DNA of 64,000 bases from an uncultured Pelagibacteraceae bacterium (lineage in GTDB: Bacteria > Pseudomonadota > Alphaproteobacteria > Pelagibacterales > AG-422-B15), in contig CABZHU010000003.1 in NCBI GenBank assembly GCA_902525575.1, positions 12,109-76,108 of the forward strand, read 5' to 3'. This document shows, piece by piece, positions 19,899 to 33,107 of this stretch (the stretch's first letter is position 1; every line of letters starts with the position of its first letter). Position numbers and translations under genes: made by a program. Below the pieces are notes generated by a model. The model was not told where the DNA came from. It made no database searches and worked only from the letters and a program-made list of their open reading frames with translations.

Positions 19899-22800
19899 AT
19901 GAAAATAAATAGAGAATTTACAAGTGATAATCAATCTCCATATCAAAATATTAAATTTAAAAAAGTTTCGACAGAAATACGAAATCCTGATGGTTCCATC
20001 GTTTTTGAATTAAAAGATTTCGAAGTGCCTGAGCAATGGAGCCAAGTTGCAAGTGATATACTTTCACAAAAGTATTTTAGAAAAGCCGGTGTTCCCAATA
20101 AGCTCAAGAGGGCTGAGGAAAGAAATATACCCTCTTGGCTATCTCCAAGAATAGCAGACGAAGAATCAAGTGATCTCAGTTATTCATCAGAGAAAAACTC
20201 TCAGCAAGTTTTCGATAGACTAGCTGGAGCTTGGACATATTGGGGATGGAAAGGTGGGTATTTCTCCTCTGAAGAAGATGCAAAAGCTTTTTTTGATGAA
20301 GTTAGGTATATGTTGGCCAATCAAATGATTGCTCCTAACAGTCCTCAATGGTTCAATACAGGGCTGAACTGGGCATATGGTATAGATGGACCATCTCAAG
20401 GTCACTTTTACGTTGACCATGAAAACGGCAAACTTACTAGATCATCTAGCTCCTATGAAAGGCCCCAACCCCATGCTTGTTTTATACAAAGCATTGATGA
20501 TGATCTTGTCAATGATGGCGGTATTATGGACCTTTGGGTTAGAGAAGCTCGATTATTTAAATATGGCTCAGGAACGGGAACAAATTTCTCTAGTTTAAGA
20601 GGTTCCACAGAAGGTCTATCGGGTGGTGGAAAATCATCTGGTTTGATGAGCTTTCTGAAAATTGGAGATAGAGCAGCAGGTGCTATTAAATCTGGTGGCA
20701 CCACAAGAAGAGCCGCTAAAATGGTTGTTGTAGACATTGACCATCCAGATATAGAGGAATTTATAAAGTGGAAAGTTACAGAGGAGCAAAAAGTTGCATC
20801 CATCGTAACTGGTTCAAAAATATGCTCAAAACATCTTAAAAGCATTATGAGTGCTTGTCACAACTGTGAAGCAGATGGAGAAAGCTGCTTTGAGCCTTCA
20901 AAAAACCCTGCTCTTAAAAGAGAAATTATAGCTGCAAGGCGAAATGAAGTGCCTGAAAATTATATTCAAAGAATAATTCATTTTGCAAAACAAGGATATA
21001 AGTCAATAGAATTTGAAACTTATAATACTGATTGGGATTCAGAAGCGTATGTAACGGTATCAGGACAAAATTCTAATAACTCTGTGCGCGTAACAGATGA
21101 ATTCCTTCATGCAGTTATGACTGATAAAGAATGGAATTTAGTTAACAGAACTGACGGTTCAATTAATAAAACTGTAAACGCAAAAGAATTATGGGATCAG
21201 GTTGGGTATTCAGCATGGGCATGTGCAGATCCTGGAATACAGTTTCATACAACTATTAATGACTGGCATACCTGTCCAGAAAGTGGTGAAATCCGTGCAT
21301 CAAATCCATGTTCAGAGTATATGTTTCTAGATAACACCGCCTGTAATTTAGCATCACTCAATTTAATGACATTTATGGATGAAAATAAGTGTCTCGATAC
21401 AACATTATTCAAACATGCGGTCAGAGTCTGGACTCTTATACTAGAGATATCAGTCATGATGGCGCAATTTCCTTCAAAAGAAATAGCTAAATTGTCCTAT
21501 GAATACCGAACTCTTGGATTGGGATATGCAAATCTGGGTGGATATCTGATGTCAAAAGGGGTTGCATACGATAGTGAAGAAGGTAGATCTAACTGTGCAG
21601 CAATAACTTCATTGATGACGGGCATATCTTATGCAACTTCAGCAGAGATTGCGTCTGAACAAGGTCCATTTCCTGGCTATCAGCAAAATGCCAAGAATAT
21701 GCTGCGCGTAATAAGAAATCATAAGAGAGCGGCTTATGGCAACAAAGAAGGTTATGAAGACTTAAATATAAATCCTGTGCCATTTATTGTTGAAGATTTA
21801 AGAGATACAAATCTTGGCAAGGAAGCTCAAAAAGCTTGGGACGAAGCTTATGAAGGGGGCCAAAAATATGGATATAGGAATGCTCAGACAACGGTTATAG
21901 CCCCTACCGGTACTATCGGACTAGTTATGGACTGTGATACAACTGGAATTGAACCTGATTTTGCAATGGTTAAATTTAAAAAACTTGCGGGTGGAGGATA
22001 TTTTAAAATCATAAACAGAACAGTTCCAGAGGCTTTAAAGCAACTGCAGTATACTGATGAAGAAGTTGAAGAAACAATAAATTATGCTGTGGGATATGGG
22101 ACTTTAAAAGATGCCCCTTTCATTAATCACGAGTCACTTAAAGAAAAAGGCTTTGATGATGAGCATATAGATTTGCTAGAACAAAACTTAAAGAATGTTT
22201 TTGATATAAGATTTTCATTTAATTCTTTCACTCTAGGAAAAGAATTTTGCTCAGAAAAATTAAATATCTCTGATGAACAGTTAGCTGATATGAATTTTAA
22301 TATGTTGGCTTTCTTGGGTTTCTCTAATGAAGAGATAGATGAGGCGAATACATATTGTTGTGGAACAATGACTCTAGAAGGTTCTCCTTATATTAAGGAA
22401 GAACATTTATCTGTTTTTGACTGCGCAAATCCATGTGGAAGAATAGGTAAAAGATTTTTGTCTGTTGAAAGTCACATAAGAATGATGGCAGCAGCTCAAC
22501 CGTTTATTTCAGGAGCAATTTCTAAAACAATTAATATGCCTTCTGACTCAGATGTTGAAGATTGTAATGAAGCCTACCTTCTCTCTTGGAAGTTAGGAAC
22601 AAAAGCCAATGCGTTGTACCGAGATGGGTCAAAACTAAGTCAGCCACTTGCGTCTAAATTAGTTGAAGATGAAGATGTTGCTGAATCTGATCAAATTACT
22701 GCTCAACAAACTCAAGTTGATAAAACAATTGCTGTTGCTCAAGAAGCGGTAAATTCAATTGTTTACGGATCAAGAAATAAGGTTCCTGACAGACGAAAAG

Positions 22801-23492
22801 GCTACATACAAAAAGCAATTGTTGGTGGTCACAAAGTTTATCTTCATACCGGAGAATATGAAGACGGTAGTTTAGGTGAAATATTTATCGATATGCATAA
22901 AGAGGGTGCATTTTTGAGAAGCTTAATGAATAACTTTGCCATTGCTATTTCTATAGGACTTCAATATGGAGTGCCGCTTGAGGAATACGTTGAGGCATAT
23001 ACATTTACAAGATTTGATCCTGCAGGTGTTGTTCAAGGAAATAATAGAATAAAAAATGCCACATCAATTCTAGATTATGTATTTAGAGAATTAGCTGTTT
23101 CTTACTTAGGTAGGAATGACCTAGCTCACGCTGATAATACTGATGTTGATTTTTCACTTGGCACAGGCGCCGAGGAAGGAACACTTAAAAATAACGAGAT
23201 ACCCTGGAAACTAGTAAAAAAAGTATCTAGCCAGGGTTACTTAAGAAGTCAAGACGGACTTTCGGTAGTAAGCTCTTCTGGAGATATGGGCTCTATAACT
23301 GCAGAGCAAGCAGTATCAAGTAGTAGTTCTTCTTCTGCAGGCATATCAGATGCATCAATGAGTAGAATTCAAGCGGCAAGGATGATGGGCTACGAAGGTG
23401 ACGCTTGTCCTGAGTGTGGTTCATTTACTTTGGTGAGAAATGGAACTTGTCTCAAATGCGATACGTGTGGAGCTACTACGGGCTGTTCTTAA
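19899..23492 (+). CDS. nrdJ: Vitamin B12-dependent (class II) ribonucleotide reductase
   Basis: [44 protein letters not shown]-like region, C-terminal CPECG...[11 protein letters not shown]. Confidence 0.96.
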   Translation: MKINREFTSDNQSPYQNIKFKKVSTEIRNPDGSIVFELKDFEVPEQWSQVASDILSQKYFRKAGVPNKLKRAEERNIPSWLSPRIADEESSDLSYSSEKNSQQVFDRLAGAWTYWGWKGGYFSSEEDAKAFFDEVRYMLANQMIAPNSPQWFNTGLNWAYGIDGPSQGHFYVDHENGKLTRSSSSYERPQPHACFIQSIDDDLVNDGGIMDLWVREARLFKYGSGTGTNFSSLRGSTEGLSGGGKSSGLMSFLKIGDRAAGAIKSGGTTRRAAKMVVVDIDHPDIEEFIKWKVTEEQKVASIVTGSKICSKHLKSIMSACHNCEADGESCFEPSKNPALKREIIAARRNEVPENYIQRIIHFAKQGYKSIEFETYNTDWDSEAYVTVSGQNSNNSVRVTDEFLHAVMTDKEWNLVNRTDGSINKTVNAKELWDQVGYSAWACADPGIQFHTTINDWHTCPESGEIRASNPCSEYMFLDNTACNLASLNLMTFMDENKCLDTTLFKHAVRVWTLILEISVMMAQFPSKEIAKLSYEYRTLGLGYANLGGYLMSKGVAYDSEEGRSNCAAITSLMTGISYATSAEIASEQGPFPGYQQNAKNMLRVIRNHKRAAYGNKEGYEDLNINPVPFIVEDLRDTNLGKEAQKAWDEAYEGGQKYGYRNAQTTVIAPTGTIGLVMDCDTTGIEPDFAMVKFKKLAGGGYFKIINRTVPEALKQLQYTDEEVEETINYAVGYGTLKDAPFINHESLKEKGFDDEHIDLLEQNLKNVFDIRFSFNSFTLGKEFCSEKLNISDEQLADMNFNMLAFLGFSNEEIDEANTYCCGTMTLEGSPYIKEEHLSVFDCANPCGRIGKRFLSVESHIRMMAAAQPFISGAISKTINMPSDSDVEDCNEAYLLSWKLGTKANALYRDGSKLSQPLASKLVEDEDVAESDQITAQQTQVDKTIAVAQEAVNSIVYGSRNKVPDRRKGYIQKAIVGGHKVYLHTGEYEDGSLGEIFIDMHKEGAFLRSLMNNFAIAISIGLQYGVPLEEYVEAYTFTRFDPAGVVQGNNRIKNATSILDYVFRELAVSYLGRNDLAHADNTDVDFSLGTGAEEGTLKNNEIPWKLVKKVSSQGYLRSQDGLSVVSSSGDMGSITAEQAVSSSSSSSAGISDASMSRIQAARMMGYEGDACPECGSFTLVRNGTCLKCDTCGATTGCS

Positions 23493-25288
23493 TCTTCTTC
23501 AGTAGGTATTACTTTTAAGTTCAGCTCATCCAAAGTCATGTCATCAACTTCTGCTGGCGCAAGCATCATGAGATCTTGTGCCTGTTGATTCATAGGAAAT
23601 AAAATTACCTCCCTAATATTTTTTTCTTGAGCAAGAAGCATTACGATCCTATCAATCCCAGGGGCTATACCGCCATGAGGTGGCACACCGTAAGAAAATG
23701 CGTTAATCATTCCCCCAAATTTATCTTGTACTTGTTTTTTAGTATAGCCACTTATTTCAAAAGCTTTGTACATAATTTCCGGTATGTGATTTCTGATGGC
23801 TCCAGATGACAGCTCAATGCCATTGCAAACAATATCATATTGATATCCTAGGACATCTAGAGGATCACTATTTTCTAGTGCTTCTAATCCACCTTGTGGC
23901 ATAGAAAATGGGTTATGACTAAAATCAATTTTACCTGTGTGCCTATCTTGCTCGTACATTGGAAAATCTATAATCCAACAGAATTTAAATACATCTTTTT
24001 CAATAACATCAAGAATCTCTCCGATTTTATTTCTTGCTGCTGCAGCAATATCATATACCGACTTACCTTTATCACACGCAAAGAATATGGAGTCTCCTGA
24101 ATTTAAATTTGCTTTTTTAGCAATTACTAATTGAATATTGCTTGGTATAAATTTTGCAATTGGGCCTTTTCCAGTAAGTATGCCATCTACTTCTTCAAAA
24201 ATAATATAGCCAAGACCGTGAGCATTCATTTCTTTTTTTGCCCAATTGTTTAAATTATCAAAAAAACTTCTTGGCTGCATTGAAGATTTTGGCGCTGGTA
24301 TCCCCAGTACTCGTCCACCAGCATCTATAACTTTTTTGAAAGCCTTGAATTCAACATCATTATTGGAAAATTCTTGAGTAATATCACATACCTCAATTGG
24401 ATTTCTTAAATCTGGCTTGTCTGTTGCATACTTTTTCATTGCTTCTTTGTAGCTAATTCTTGGAAAAGGCAAATCAGTCACTTTAAAATTTGAAAACTTT
24501 TTAAACACTGAAGACAAAACAGGTTCAATTGCATTAAATACATCATCTTGCTCAACAAATGCCATTTCCATATCTAATTGATAAAATTCACCAGGACTCC
24601 TATCCGCTCTGGCATCTTCATCTCTAAAACAAGGAGCGATTTGAAAATATTTATCAAACCCCCCTGCCATTATTAATTGTTTAAATTGTTGTGGCGCTTG
24701 AGGTAAGGCGTAAAATTTTCCAGGATGAATTCTGCTTGGAACAAGATAATCTCTAGCACCTTCGGGACTTGATGCAGTTAAAATGGGTGTCTGCATTTCA
24801 AGAAAACCGGCTTCGGACATTAACTTTCTTATATAGGAAATAATAGATGATCTTAATACGATGTTGCTATGCAATTCTTCTCTTCTAATATCTAAAAACC
24901 TATACTTTAATCTTATTTCTTCAGGATAATCATTTTCACCGAATACAGGCATTGGCAATTCATTTGCAGCAGAAAGAACTTCTAACAAATTAACAGAAAT
25001 CTCAATTTTACCAGTTACTAGGGACTCATTAATGGTTTCTTTATCGCGTTTAATAACTTTACCATGTATTTTAATTACGGATTCAGCCCTTAGGCTTTCA
25101 AATTCTTTTAATAGCTTTGTATTTGTTTTTTCAATGACGCACTGAGTTACGCCATAATGGTCTCGCAAATCAATAAACAGAACATTACCATGATCTCGCT
25201 TACGATTGATCCATCCAGCGAGTATGACGTCTTTATTTTCATCGCTTTTTTTTAACTCGTTACAATTATGTGTTCTATATTTAACCAT
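23489..25288 (-). CDS. aspS: Aspartate--tRNA ligase (probably non-discriminating Asp/Asn)
   Basis: [13 protein letters not shown] (His typical of ND-AspRS), [27 protein letters not shown]. Confidence 0.96.
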   Translation of the reverse strand: MVKYRTHNCNELKKSDENKDVILAGWINRKRDHGNVLFIDLRDHYGVTQCVIEKTNTKLLKEFESLRAESVIKIHGKVIKRDKETINESLVTGKIEISVNLLEVLSAANELPMPVFGENDYPEEIRLKYRFLDIRREELHSNIVLRSSIISYIRKLMSEAGFLEMQTPILTASSPEGARDYLVPSRIHPGKFYALPQAPQQFKQLIMAGGFDKYFQIAPCFRDEDARADRSPGEFYQLDMEMAFVEQDDVFNAIEPVLSSVFKKFSNFKVTDLPFPRISYKEAMKKYATDKPDLRNPIEVCDITQEFSNNDVEFKAFKKVIDAGGRVLGIPAPKSSMQPRSFFDNLNNWAKKEMNAHGLGYIIFEEVDGILTGKGPIAKFIPSNIQLVIAKKANLNSGDSIFFACDKGKSVYDIAAAARNKIGEILDVIEKDVFKFCWIIDFPMYEQDRHTGKIDFSHNPFSMPQGGLEALENSDPLDVLGYQYDIVCNGIELSSGAIRNHIPEIMYKAFEISGYTKKQVQDKFGGMINAFSYGVPPHGGIAPGIDRIVMLLAQEKNIREVILFPMNQQAQDLMMLAPAEVDDMTLDELNLKVIPTEED

Positions 25289-25321
25289 GCTTTAAATTCA
25301 AGTTCATATATAGTTTGATTT

Positions 25322-26164
25322 ATGAAAATAGTCCAAGACAATAAATCTCTCAAAAATCTATGCAAATTACTAAAAACACAGAAAGTTATCTATCTAGATA
25401 CTGAGTTTAAAAGAGACAGAACATACTGGCCGAAACTATGTACTATTCAATTTAAAACACAGCGAAACGCATATTTGGTGGACATGCTTCTAATTGAGCA
25501 AATGAATATGAATGCACTAAAAGAAATATTAATTGACAAAAAGTTAAGAAAAGTGATTCATTCAGCTAAGCAAGATATTGAGGTAATTAATTACACTTTA
25601 GATATCAAAATCGAAAACATTTTTGACACTCAAATGGCCTATAATGTACTTCATGGAGGAGATGAAATTGGCTATACAAATTTAGTGGAAAAACTTTTTA
25701 AAATAAAATTGTCTAAAAAGTATCAAGTTTCGGATTGGGAATCAAGACCACTTAGTAAAAATCAGCTAGCATATGCAGAAAATGATGTTTTATATTTACC
25801 AAGAATTTATACTTATCTAATTAATTTTATAAAAAAAAGAAACTTAATTAATAAAATTAATAATAAAAACCACGAACTAACTGAGAATAATGATATTTAT
25901 AATCCCAAGTTTGCATATAAAAAAGTTAAAACAAAAAATTTTAATCAAAAAGAAAAAAATCTACTAAAAAAATATTTTAAATGGAGAGAGGTCTGTGCAC
26001 AAAACCTGAATATACCCAGGAACTGGGTTATTTCAGATAAAAATCTAATTAAAGCATCTAAAGGTAAAGAGGTTGGTTTAGAGAAAAATAAAAAAATGTA
26101 CAACCAGCAACTAAGTAAGTTTAGTGATTATATTAATTCAAAAAATCTCTCAAAAAAGGGATAG
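25322..26164 (+). CDS. rnd: Ribonuclease D
   Basis: DTEF, H-x3-QD, FDTQ, SDWESRPL, YAENDV plus HRDC region. Confidence 0.9.
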   Translation: MKIVQDNKSLKNLCKLLKTQKVIYLDTEFKRDRTYWPKLCTIQFKTQRNAYLVDMLLIEQMNMNALKEILIDKKLRKVIHSAKQDIEVINYTLDIKIENIFDTQMAYNVLHGGDEIGYTNLVEKLFKIKLSKKYQVSDWESRPLSKNQLAYAENDVLYLPRIYTYLINFIKKRNLINKINNKNHELTENNDIYNPKFAYKKVKTKNFNQKEKNLLKKYFKWREVCAQNLNIPRNWVISDKNLIKASKGKEVGLEKNKKMYNQQLSKFSDYINSKNLSKKG

Positions 26165-26786
26165 TAATCTTACTTTTAGTTTGCATGGAAGAAACATTAA
26201 TTTTCTCCATAAATTGATATAGTTTTGAATAATCTCTTTCGACTCGTTTAGTAAGATATTCTATTACATTAGTTTCTACCTTTAATTGAAGATCGCTAAA
26301 GAACTTAACTATTAGGATTTTTATTAGTCTATCATCTGGATCATCTATATAAGAAGAAGTAAATGAATTAAATCTTGATCTTAAATCATTTAGTGAGATT
26401 TTAAAGTTAGCATCTGTGTCAACTGAACAAAGTATTTTAAATTTCTTGAGCACTAAATTATTGTAAAAATGAAAAAAATCACTTTCTATCTCCACTTTGA
26501 GATGATGCAAATCATCAATTGCATAACTACAGCTAGATGACAAGTTTTTCCAATTACTTACCTCATTGCAATTAAGAAAAGTAGCGTTATTGTTAGCTGT
26601 CCATATTTTTAATAAGTGAGTCTTCCCAGATTTTGACTTACCATAAACAACTGCTGAACCATTGAACCAATTATTTGTTTCATTAAGTAAAGATGAAACT
26701 TGCTGGTTGCTTTCACTAATAAAAAAATCATTAGGATCAAAATTTTCGCCTTTGCCTAAATCAAAAACTAACTGCCCTTTATTCAT
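26133..26786 (-). CDS. hda: DnaA regulatory inactivator Hda-like AAA+ protein
   Basis: N-terminal QLVFDL clamp-binding-like motif, GKSKSGKT Walker A, DLRSR. Confidence 0.82.
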   Translation of the reverse strand: MNKGQLVFDLGKGENFDPNDFFISESNQQVSSLLNETNNWFNGSAVVYGKSKSGKTHLLKIWTANNNATFLNCNEVSNWKNLSSSCSYAIDDLHHLKVEIESDFFHFYNNLVLKKFKILCSVDTDANFKISLNDLRSRFNSFTSSYIDDPDDRLIKILIVKFFSDLQLKVETNVIEYLTKRVERDYSKLYQFMEKINVSSMQTKSKITIPFLRDFLN

Positions 26787-27332
26787 CTAATTAATACTTT
26801 CCATCCAATATCTAATATAAATAAACAACGATATTAATGTAGTAACTACAACGATCCCAATCAGTAATTCAATTAACCTCGTCTCATTTATCATATTTTC
26901 AAATCCTGCTGTATTGCCTAATAATGTAACTATAACTAAAAAAAATTGAAAAAAAGTGTTCCACTTACTTACATTACTAGTTTTTAGTTTAATTTTTATA
27001 CCTGCAAAAAATGTTATTACAAAAGAGCCTATGATAATAATATCCCTTGATATGACTAGGATGATTATAAAAACTGGTAAAAGATTTGCTGTTCCGATTA
27101 ATATATAGATTGAAATTACAAATGCTTTATCGGCAATAGCATCTAAGTAGGAACCCAATTCACTTTCCGCCTTTAAAGACCTTGCTATAAATCCATCCAA
27201 AAAATCGCTAACGGCAATAAGGATTGTAAAAAGAGCTGCATAAAAAAATAAATCAATTAATAACAACCAAGCTACGATAGGAATAGTTATTAATCTGAAT
27301 ATTGACAATAAATTTGGAATATTCTTATTCAT
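26787..27332 (-). CDS. CDP-alcohol phosphatidyltransferase (PgsA-like)
   Basis: NIPNLLS, SDFLDGFIAR, GSYLDAIADK; hydrophobic. Confidence 0.9.
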   Translation of the reverse strand: MNKNIPNLLSIFRLITIPIVAWLLLIDLFFYAALFTILIAVSDFLDGFIARSLKAESELGSYLDAIADKAFVISIYILIGTANLLPVFIIILVISRDIIIIGSFVITFFAGIKIKLKTSNVSKWNTFFQFFLVIVTLLGNTAGFENMINETRLIELLIGIVVVTTLISLFIYIRYWMESIN

Positions 27333-28401
27333 ACAAGCTAATTTTATAGTAAGGACCCATATTAGCTACATCAATATTATTTTGAGACATTATTAATTCT
27401 AACTTATTATTATTGCCAGAAAAATTAATAACACCTTCAACCTTAGACAGATTAAATGAAGTGACGTGTAAGGAGTTAAGCAACTCTAAAGTTTCTAGTT
27501 CTGTTCTAAGCTTTACCCAATCATCGATTGAATTAATGTCATAAACAAAATTATACAAATACTTATCATTCGATTGTTTCGTTATATCAATCCAAACTGA
27601 TAATAACTCGGAATTAATATCTTTAATAATTTGATCAAAAATATCATCTCTGTAAAAGCTATTTTCTTCTATGAATGTTTTTCTAAATACATTTTCTTTA
27701 TTATTGGCTATGAGCTTAATAATAATCTCAAATTTGATTTTATTATTTTCAACACTGGTTGGATTACACCAAATCAATATAGCGTCCTTGATATCACTCA
27801 CTAGATTTAAATTCGATCCTTCCAAGAATGTTACTAAATCTAACTGATACATTTCAGATGAAGAAAACGTTCTTACGTTCAAATTAATTTTACTTCCAAT
27901 ATTATTTATTTTTTTCCATTCTGTGTTCCAATTATTAAATAATGTAAAGAACTCGAAGTGGTTTGAAAATGCAATATAGGCAATTATGTCTTTTGAGCTC
28001 AGTTCTGAATATGTTAATGAGCGAGATTCATAAAACTCTCTAACTTTAAATGGACTAAAATAAACATTAAAGCTCCCGTTATAAGTTTCAGATGATATTT
28101 TTTCATCAACAAACTCAATACTCTCTACTAAATATTCATAATTAATATCGTTTAATTTAATAATTTGGTTGAAGTCACTTGGTGCCAGAAGTTTTTTTGA
28201 AATTTTATCAAATGCTAATTTTTCTGCTTTTGAAATTGCTAGATTTCTTACATTTGAATTATTAACATAAGGAATTTTCACTTCAATATTCATTTCTGAA
28301 AAAAATAAATTATCATTAGCCATAACGGGAAAATTAAAAAATAAGATTAAAATAACAGCGAGTAACTGTTTAATATGTTTAGCGAAAAATTGATAAATCA
28401 T
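27325..28401 (-). CDS. Exported protein, DUF2066-like (start uncertain)
   Basis: Signal peptide; conserved position divergent from purM and upstream of pgsA-hda. Confidence 0.6.
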   Translation of the reverse strand: MIYQFFAKHIKQLLAVILILFFNFPVMANDNLFFSEMNIEVKIPYVNNSNVRNLAISKAEKLAFDKISKKLLAPSDFNQIIKLNDINYEYLVESIEFVDEKISSETYNGSFNVYFSPFKVREFYESRSLTYSELSSKDIIAYIAFSNHFEFFTLFNNWNTEWKKINNIGSKINLNVRTFSSSEMYQLDLVTFLEGSNLNLVSDIKDAILIWCNPTSVENNKIKFEIIIKLIANNKENVFRKTFIEENSFYRDDIFDQIIKDINSELLSVWIDITKQSNDKYLYNFVYDINSIDDWVKLRTELETLELLNSLHVTSFNLSKVEGVINFSGNNNKLELIMSQNNIDVANMGPYYKISLYE

Positions 28402-28416
28402 ATATATAGTAGACAA

Positions 28417-29463
28417 ATGAAAAAATTATCATACTCAAGTTCTGGTGTAAGTATCAACAAAGGAAATGAGTTTGTAAGCAAAATTAGCAACTTAATCAAA
28501 AAAGATAAAGGTCTTATTAAGACTGAAATCGGAGGATTTTCAGGTCAATTCCCCTTAAGCACTAAAATTAAAAAGCCTATACTAGTTGGAGCAGCAGATG
28601 GTGTAGGAACAAAAATTCAAATTGCGGAGGAAATGAATGACTACAAAACAATTGGTATAGATTTAGTAGCTATGTGCGTGAATGACTTGATTGTTGATAA
28701 AGCAACCCCGTTATTTTTTTTAGACTACATCTCAACTGGAAAATTAGATGTATCCAAAGGTATTGACATAATTAAAGGGATCATAAAGGGATGTAAAATT
28801 TCGCATTGTGCTTTACTTGGTGGTGAGACAGCCGAGCATCCAGGATATGATACTAAGGAAAAATATGATTTAGCTGGTTTTTGTGTTGGAGTAAAAAGTG
28901 GTAATTCGAAGAAAGTTTTACAGTTAAGAAAAAGTGATCTTATTATTGGAATTGGGTCATCTGGAATTCACTCCAATGGTTTTTCACTCATCCGTAAAAT
29001 TATAAAAGACAATAATATTAGTCTAAAAAAGAAAATTATCAAAAATAGTACATTAGGGAAAATATTATTAAAGCCTACGCATATTTACGTTGATGTAATT
29101 CTTGATCTTTTTAGCAAAAATCTTATTAAGACTTGTTCACACATTACTGGTGGCGGTGTAATCGAAAACTTGCCCAGGTCAATCAGTAAAAATACCAAAG
29201 CTGTAATAGATTTGAATAAATGGAAACTTCCAGCAATATTTAAATGGATTAGCAGTTTTAATGTATCTCAAAATGAGATGTTGAGAACGTTTAATTGTGG
29301 CTATGGAATGGTAATCATAATTGATAAAAAAAATCTCAGTAGAGTCAAAAAAATAATAACAAAATATAAATTGAAATCTGATATAATTGGCAATATTGAC
29401 ATAAAAAAAGCTGCTAAAGATAAAAGTATAGAACTTATAGGAAGACTTGATTTCAATGAATAA
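28417..29463 (+). CDS. purM: Phosphoribosylformylglycinamidine cyclo-ligase
   Basis: DGVGTK, GIDLVAMCVND, GGETAEHPG, SSGIHSNGFS, HITGGG. Confidence 0.96.
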   Translation: MKKLSYSSSGVSINKGNEFVSKISNLIKKDKGLIKTEIGGFSGQFPLSTKIKKPILVGAADGVGTKIQIAEEMNDYKTIGIDLVAMCVNDLIVDKATPLFFLDYISTGKLDVSKGIDIIKGIIKGCKISHCALLGGETAEHPGYDTKEKYDLAGFCVGVKSGNSKKVLQLRKSDLIIGIGSSGIHSNGFSLIRKIIKDNNISLKKKIIKNSTLGKILLKPTHIYVDVILDLFSKNLIKTCSHITGGGVIENLPRSISKNTKAVIDLNKWKLPAIFKWISSFNVSQNEMLRTFNCGYGMVIIIDKKNLSRVKKIITKYKLKSDIIGNIDIKKAAKDKSIELIGRLDFNE

Positions 29464-30028
29464 AAAACCTATTGGGGTTTTTATATCAGGAAGAGGTTCT
29501 AACTTAGAATCGATTATCAATGCTTGCAAAGATGAGAACTTTCCTGCAAAAGTTGTATGTGTTTTTTCTGATAATGCTAATGCAGTAGGTCTTCAATTTG
29601 CATCAAAAAATAATATTGATACTCATACTCTAGATTTAAATAATTTTGATAGCAAAAGTCATTATGAAGAAGAGATTCTTAAACTACTAAAACCTTATAA
29701 TATTGAGCTTATTTGTCTTGCGGGGTATATGAAAATAATTACCGATAAATTGATTAATAGCTTTCCAAACAGAATAATAAACATACACCCCTCTCTTCTT
29801 CCTAAATTTAAAGGCCTAAATACTCACCAACGAGCATTGGATGCAAAAGAAGTCGAATCAGGATGCAGTGTGCATTATGTAAATAGCAAAGTAGATGATG
29901 GAAAAATTATTATGCAAACTTCAGTTGCTATTGAAGAGACAGATAATGCGGATACATTATCAAAAAAAGTTCTAAAAGCAGAGCACGAGCTTTATCCTGC
30001 TTCCATAATAAAAATACTTAGGAAATAA
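29456..30028 (+). CDS. purN: Phosphoribosylglycinamide formyltransferase
   Basis: [27 protein letters not shown]. Confidence 0.96.
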   Translation: MNKKPIGVFISGRGSNLESIINACKDENFPAKVVCVFSDNANAVGLQFASKNNIDTHTLDLNNFDSKSHYEEEILKLLKPYNIELICLAGYMKIITDKLINSFPNRIINIHPSLLPKFKGLNTHQRALDAKEVESGCSVHYVNSKVDDGKIIMQTSVAIEETDNADTLSKKVLKAEHELYPASIIKILRK

Positions 30029-30440
30029 TATCTTCTTCTGAAAAAAAGTGATTTATCTCAATTTTTGCATTTTCAAGGCTGTCGGAGCCATGAACAGAGT
30101 TCTTTTCTAGTGATAATGCATATTTTTTTCTTATTGTGCCTTCAGTAGCCTCTTCAGGATTAGTAGCTCCCATAATTTCTCTATTTCTTTTTACAGCATC
30201 TTCCCCTTCGAGGACCTGAACTACAATTGGCCCAGAACACATAAAATCACACAAACTTTGAAAAAAAGGTCTCTCTTTATGAACCGCATAAAATTGTGAA
30301 GCTTTTGCTTGATCTAGCTTTAACCTCTTAGAAGCGACAACCCTCAATCCTGCATTTTCTAGCATTGCAGTGATTTCCCCTATTTTATTTCTTTCAACCG
30401 CATCTGGCTTAATAATTGAAAATGTTCTTTCAGTACTCAT
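30018..30440 (-). CDS. ndk: Nucleoside-diphosphate kinase
   Basis: [19 protein letters not shown]. Confidence 0.97.
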   Translation of the reverse strand: MSTERTFSIIKPDAVERNKIGEITAMLENAGLRVVASKRLKLDQAKASQFYAVHKERPFFQSLCDFMCSGPIVVQVLEGEDAVKRNREIMGATNPEEATEGTIRKKYALSLEKNSVHGSDSLENAKIEINHFFSEEDIIS

Positions 30441-31951
30441 TATTTACCTTCATGATATTTAGATACAAATTTGTTAAGAAGCTTTACTCCAAATGCTGTT
30501 GCTCCTTTTGGAGATGTTGGTAAATTTGTTTTTGACCATGTTGTTCCAGCAATGTCTAAATGTGCCCAAGGGACCTTATTAACGAATCTTTGTAAAAACT
30601 GAGCTGCAGTAATAGATCCCGCTCCTCTTCCACTGGAAATGTTTTGCATATCTGCAATTGGTGAATTTATCATCTTATCAAATTTATCATGAAGTGGGAA
30701 TCTCCATAGCTTCTCATCTTCAATCTTGCCAGCATCTTCCAGCTGCTTACTCAATTTATCGTTATTAGAAAATAATCCTGCATATTCATTGCCAATTGCG
30801 ATAATTATTGCCCCAGTTAAGGTAGCTAAATCAACCATTAACTCAGGCTTATATTTCTCTTGAGTATACCATAGAGCATCGGCAAGCACCAGTCTGCCTT
30901 CAGCGTCAGTATTTAACACCTCTATTGTTTGACCTGAATAAGATTTCACTACATCACTTGGTCTTGTTGCCATATTTCCAATGTGGTTCTCGACAAGGCC
31001 TACAACGCCTATTACATTAGCCTTAGCTTTTCTGAGGGCTAATGTCTTCATTAAACCAATAACAACACCTGAACCGCCCATATCATATTTCATTTCTTCC
31101 ATTCCACCTGCAGGCTTAAGTGAAACTCCACCTGTGTCAAATGATACTCCTTTACCTATAAATGCGATTGGCTTTTTCTTTTTATTTTTATGACCTTTCC
31201 ATTCCATGATGACTAGTTTAGACTCATGTTCACTTCCACGACCAACGCTAAGTAAAGACCCCATGCCTAATTTGGTCATTTCTTTTTCACCAAAAATCGT
31301 AACTTTAACACCTATTTTTTCAAGTGATGCAGCATTTTTAGCCAATTCAGGTGGCGTCATAACATTTGGGGGTTCCGTAACAAGATTTCGGGTCATAGTT
31401 ACACCCTCATGAATTGCTTTTACTGTTTCATAGTTTTTTTCTAATCTCGAAAATTGAGATGAATAAATTTTGATTTTTGTTTTTTTGCTTATTGCTTTTG
31501 CATCTCTTTTGGAAAAATATTTTGTAAACTTGTAAGACGCTAATAAAAACCCAAGTAACAACTCACTTGTAGAGTTCACAAAGCTTAATTTAGATGCACT
31601 AACTCCATCAGGATAAATGATGATGTTATTTTCTTTATAAAATTTTATAAGTGATAGTAAATTTCCCCCTAATATTTGAAAGTCTCTATTAGCGGCATTT
31701 TTTATATTTCTTAGTTTAAATATATATAGTTTTGAGAGAGTAAGGTTTTGTGGATTATGAACAATCAAATAATCAAAATTTTTTGATTTTCTAGCATTAA
31801 ATGAGTCATCAGCATTGATTGTATTTGACAGGTGTTTTTTTGAGAGTTGGTCTAATTTTTTACCATAACCTATTAGCCTACAGTTATGATCGCAGAATAT
31901 AATGCCAATAGCACTTTTTTCTTGTTTTAAATTATTAAATTGAATGTCCAT
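30440..31951 (-). CDS. pepA: Leucyl aminopeptidase
   Basis: [31 protein letters not shown]. Confidence 0.96.
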   Translation of the reverse strand: MDIQFNNLKQEKSAIGIIFCDHNCRLIGYGKKLDQLSKKHLSNTINADDSFNARKSKNFDYLIVHNPQNLTLSKLYIFKLRNIKNAANRDFQILGGNLLSLIKFYKENNIIIYPDGVSASKLSFVNSTSELLLGFLLASYKFTKYFSKRDAKAISKKTKIKIYSSQFSRLEKNYETVKAIHEGVTMTRNLVTEPPNVMTPPELAKNAASLEKIGVKVTIFGEKEMTKLGMGSLLSVGRGSEHESKLVIMEWKGHKNKKKKPIAFIGKGVSFDTGGVSLKPAGGMEEMKYDMGGSGVVIGLMKTLALRKAKANVIGVVGLVENHIGNMATRPSDVVKSYSGQTIEVLNTDAEGRLVLADALWYTQEKYKPELMVDLATLTGAIIIAIGNEYAGLFSNNDKLSKQLEDAGKIEDEKLWRFPLHDKFDKMINSPIADMQNISSGRGAGSITAAQFLQRFVNKVPWAHLDIAGTTWSKTNLPTSPKGATAFGVKLLNKFVSKYHEGK

Positions 31952-31991
31952 ACATATATACCTTTAACAAAATATTGATATAATTGAGAAA

Positions 31992-33107
31992 ATGTCAAGA
32001 TTTACAACATATGCGATTAAAGAAATCACTTCAAGTTTTTTGTTTCTATCGATTTTGCTGACCGGAATAATATGGTTAGGACAAGGATTGAGACATATTG
32101 ACCTACTTACTACGAATAATGTTTCAATCGAAACTTATATTTCATACGTAGTCCTTTTGTTGCCTAAAATAATATTATTAACTTTCCCAATATGCATATT
32201 TCTAGCAATACTGTTTAATCTCAATAGGCTGCGTAATGATAGTGAATTAATCATACTTGGAACTTCAGGCAAACCTGAAAAGAATATTTTAATTAAGCCC
32301 ATAATTTTATTTTCTTCATTAATGTTTCTAATAGTTTTATTTTTTAGCCTAGTTTTGACACCAGGCTCGTTAAAAGAGCTTAGGTATAAAATTATTGAAA
32401 TAAGATCCTCTGGTATACACATATCTTTATTGAAAGAAAAAAAGTTTATCTCACCCACAAATAATTTTACTATTTTCTTACAGGAGAAAGTAGATAAAGA
32501 GATATTTGGACTTATAATTCATGACCAAAGCAATATTAGCAAACCGCAGACGTACATAGCTGAAAAAGGGAAATTTATTTCAAGTGATAATACAAGTTTT
32601 TTAAAACTTTTTAATGGCTCTATACAAATATATGATAGCAGTGTAAACCGAGTATCAGAAATTGCCTTTGATACTTATAACCTTGACCTCACACCCTACA
32701 ATAAAAAAGAAGGTACACACATCTACCCCGACGAATTATCGACTAATGACTTAAGAAATAACTTAGAAAACCTATCTCCTAAAAATTTTACAGTATATGA
32801 GAAAGAACAATTTGCTGAATTGCATTCAAGGTTTATTAACCCACTATATATAATATTTTATGCGCTATTGCCACTTATTATGATTAATTTTTCTAAGAGA
32901 CCTGATGACAGCTGGCGCTACCCTATAATTGCCGTTTCCACTGTAGCTTTTTCAATTCAAATAATTCAAATTACACTTTCGAATTTACTTATTGCTAATA
33001 GTCAACTAATTACATTTAATTACACTTTTCCTCTAATATTAATTTTTGTAACAATAACATATCTTTATAAAGATTATTTGTATTCATTAAGAAATCAAAA
33101 TGTTTAA
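31992..33107 (+). CDS. lptF: LPS export permease LptF
   Basis: YjgP/YjgQ topology, RLRNDSEL motif, divergent from pepA. Confidence 0.85.
   Translation: MSRFTTYAIKEITSSFLFLSILLTGIIWLGQGLRHIDLLTTNNVSIETYISYVVLLLPKIILLTFPICIFLAILFNLNRLRNDSELIILGTSGKPEKNILIKPIILFSSLMFLIVLFFSLVLTPGSLKELRYKIIEIRSSGIHISLLKEKKFISPTNNFTIFLQEKVDKEIFGLIIHDQSNISKPQTYIAEKGKFISSDNTSFLKLFNGSIQIYDSSVNRVSEIAFDTYNLDLTPYNKKEGTHIYPDELSTNDLRNNLENLSPKNFTVYEKEQFAELHSRFINPLYIIFYALLPLIMINFSKRPDDSWRYPIIAVSTVAFSIQIIQITLSNLLIANSQLITFNYTFPLILIFVTITYLYKDYLYSLRNQNV

Noticed and set aside
19899-23492. Possible intein in NrdJ (also checked DnaB)
   Set aside because: Lengths are normal for these families and no intein splice or LAGLIDADG motifs are seen.
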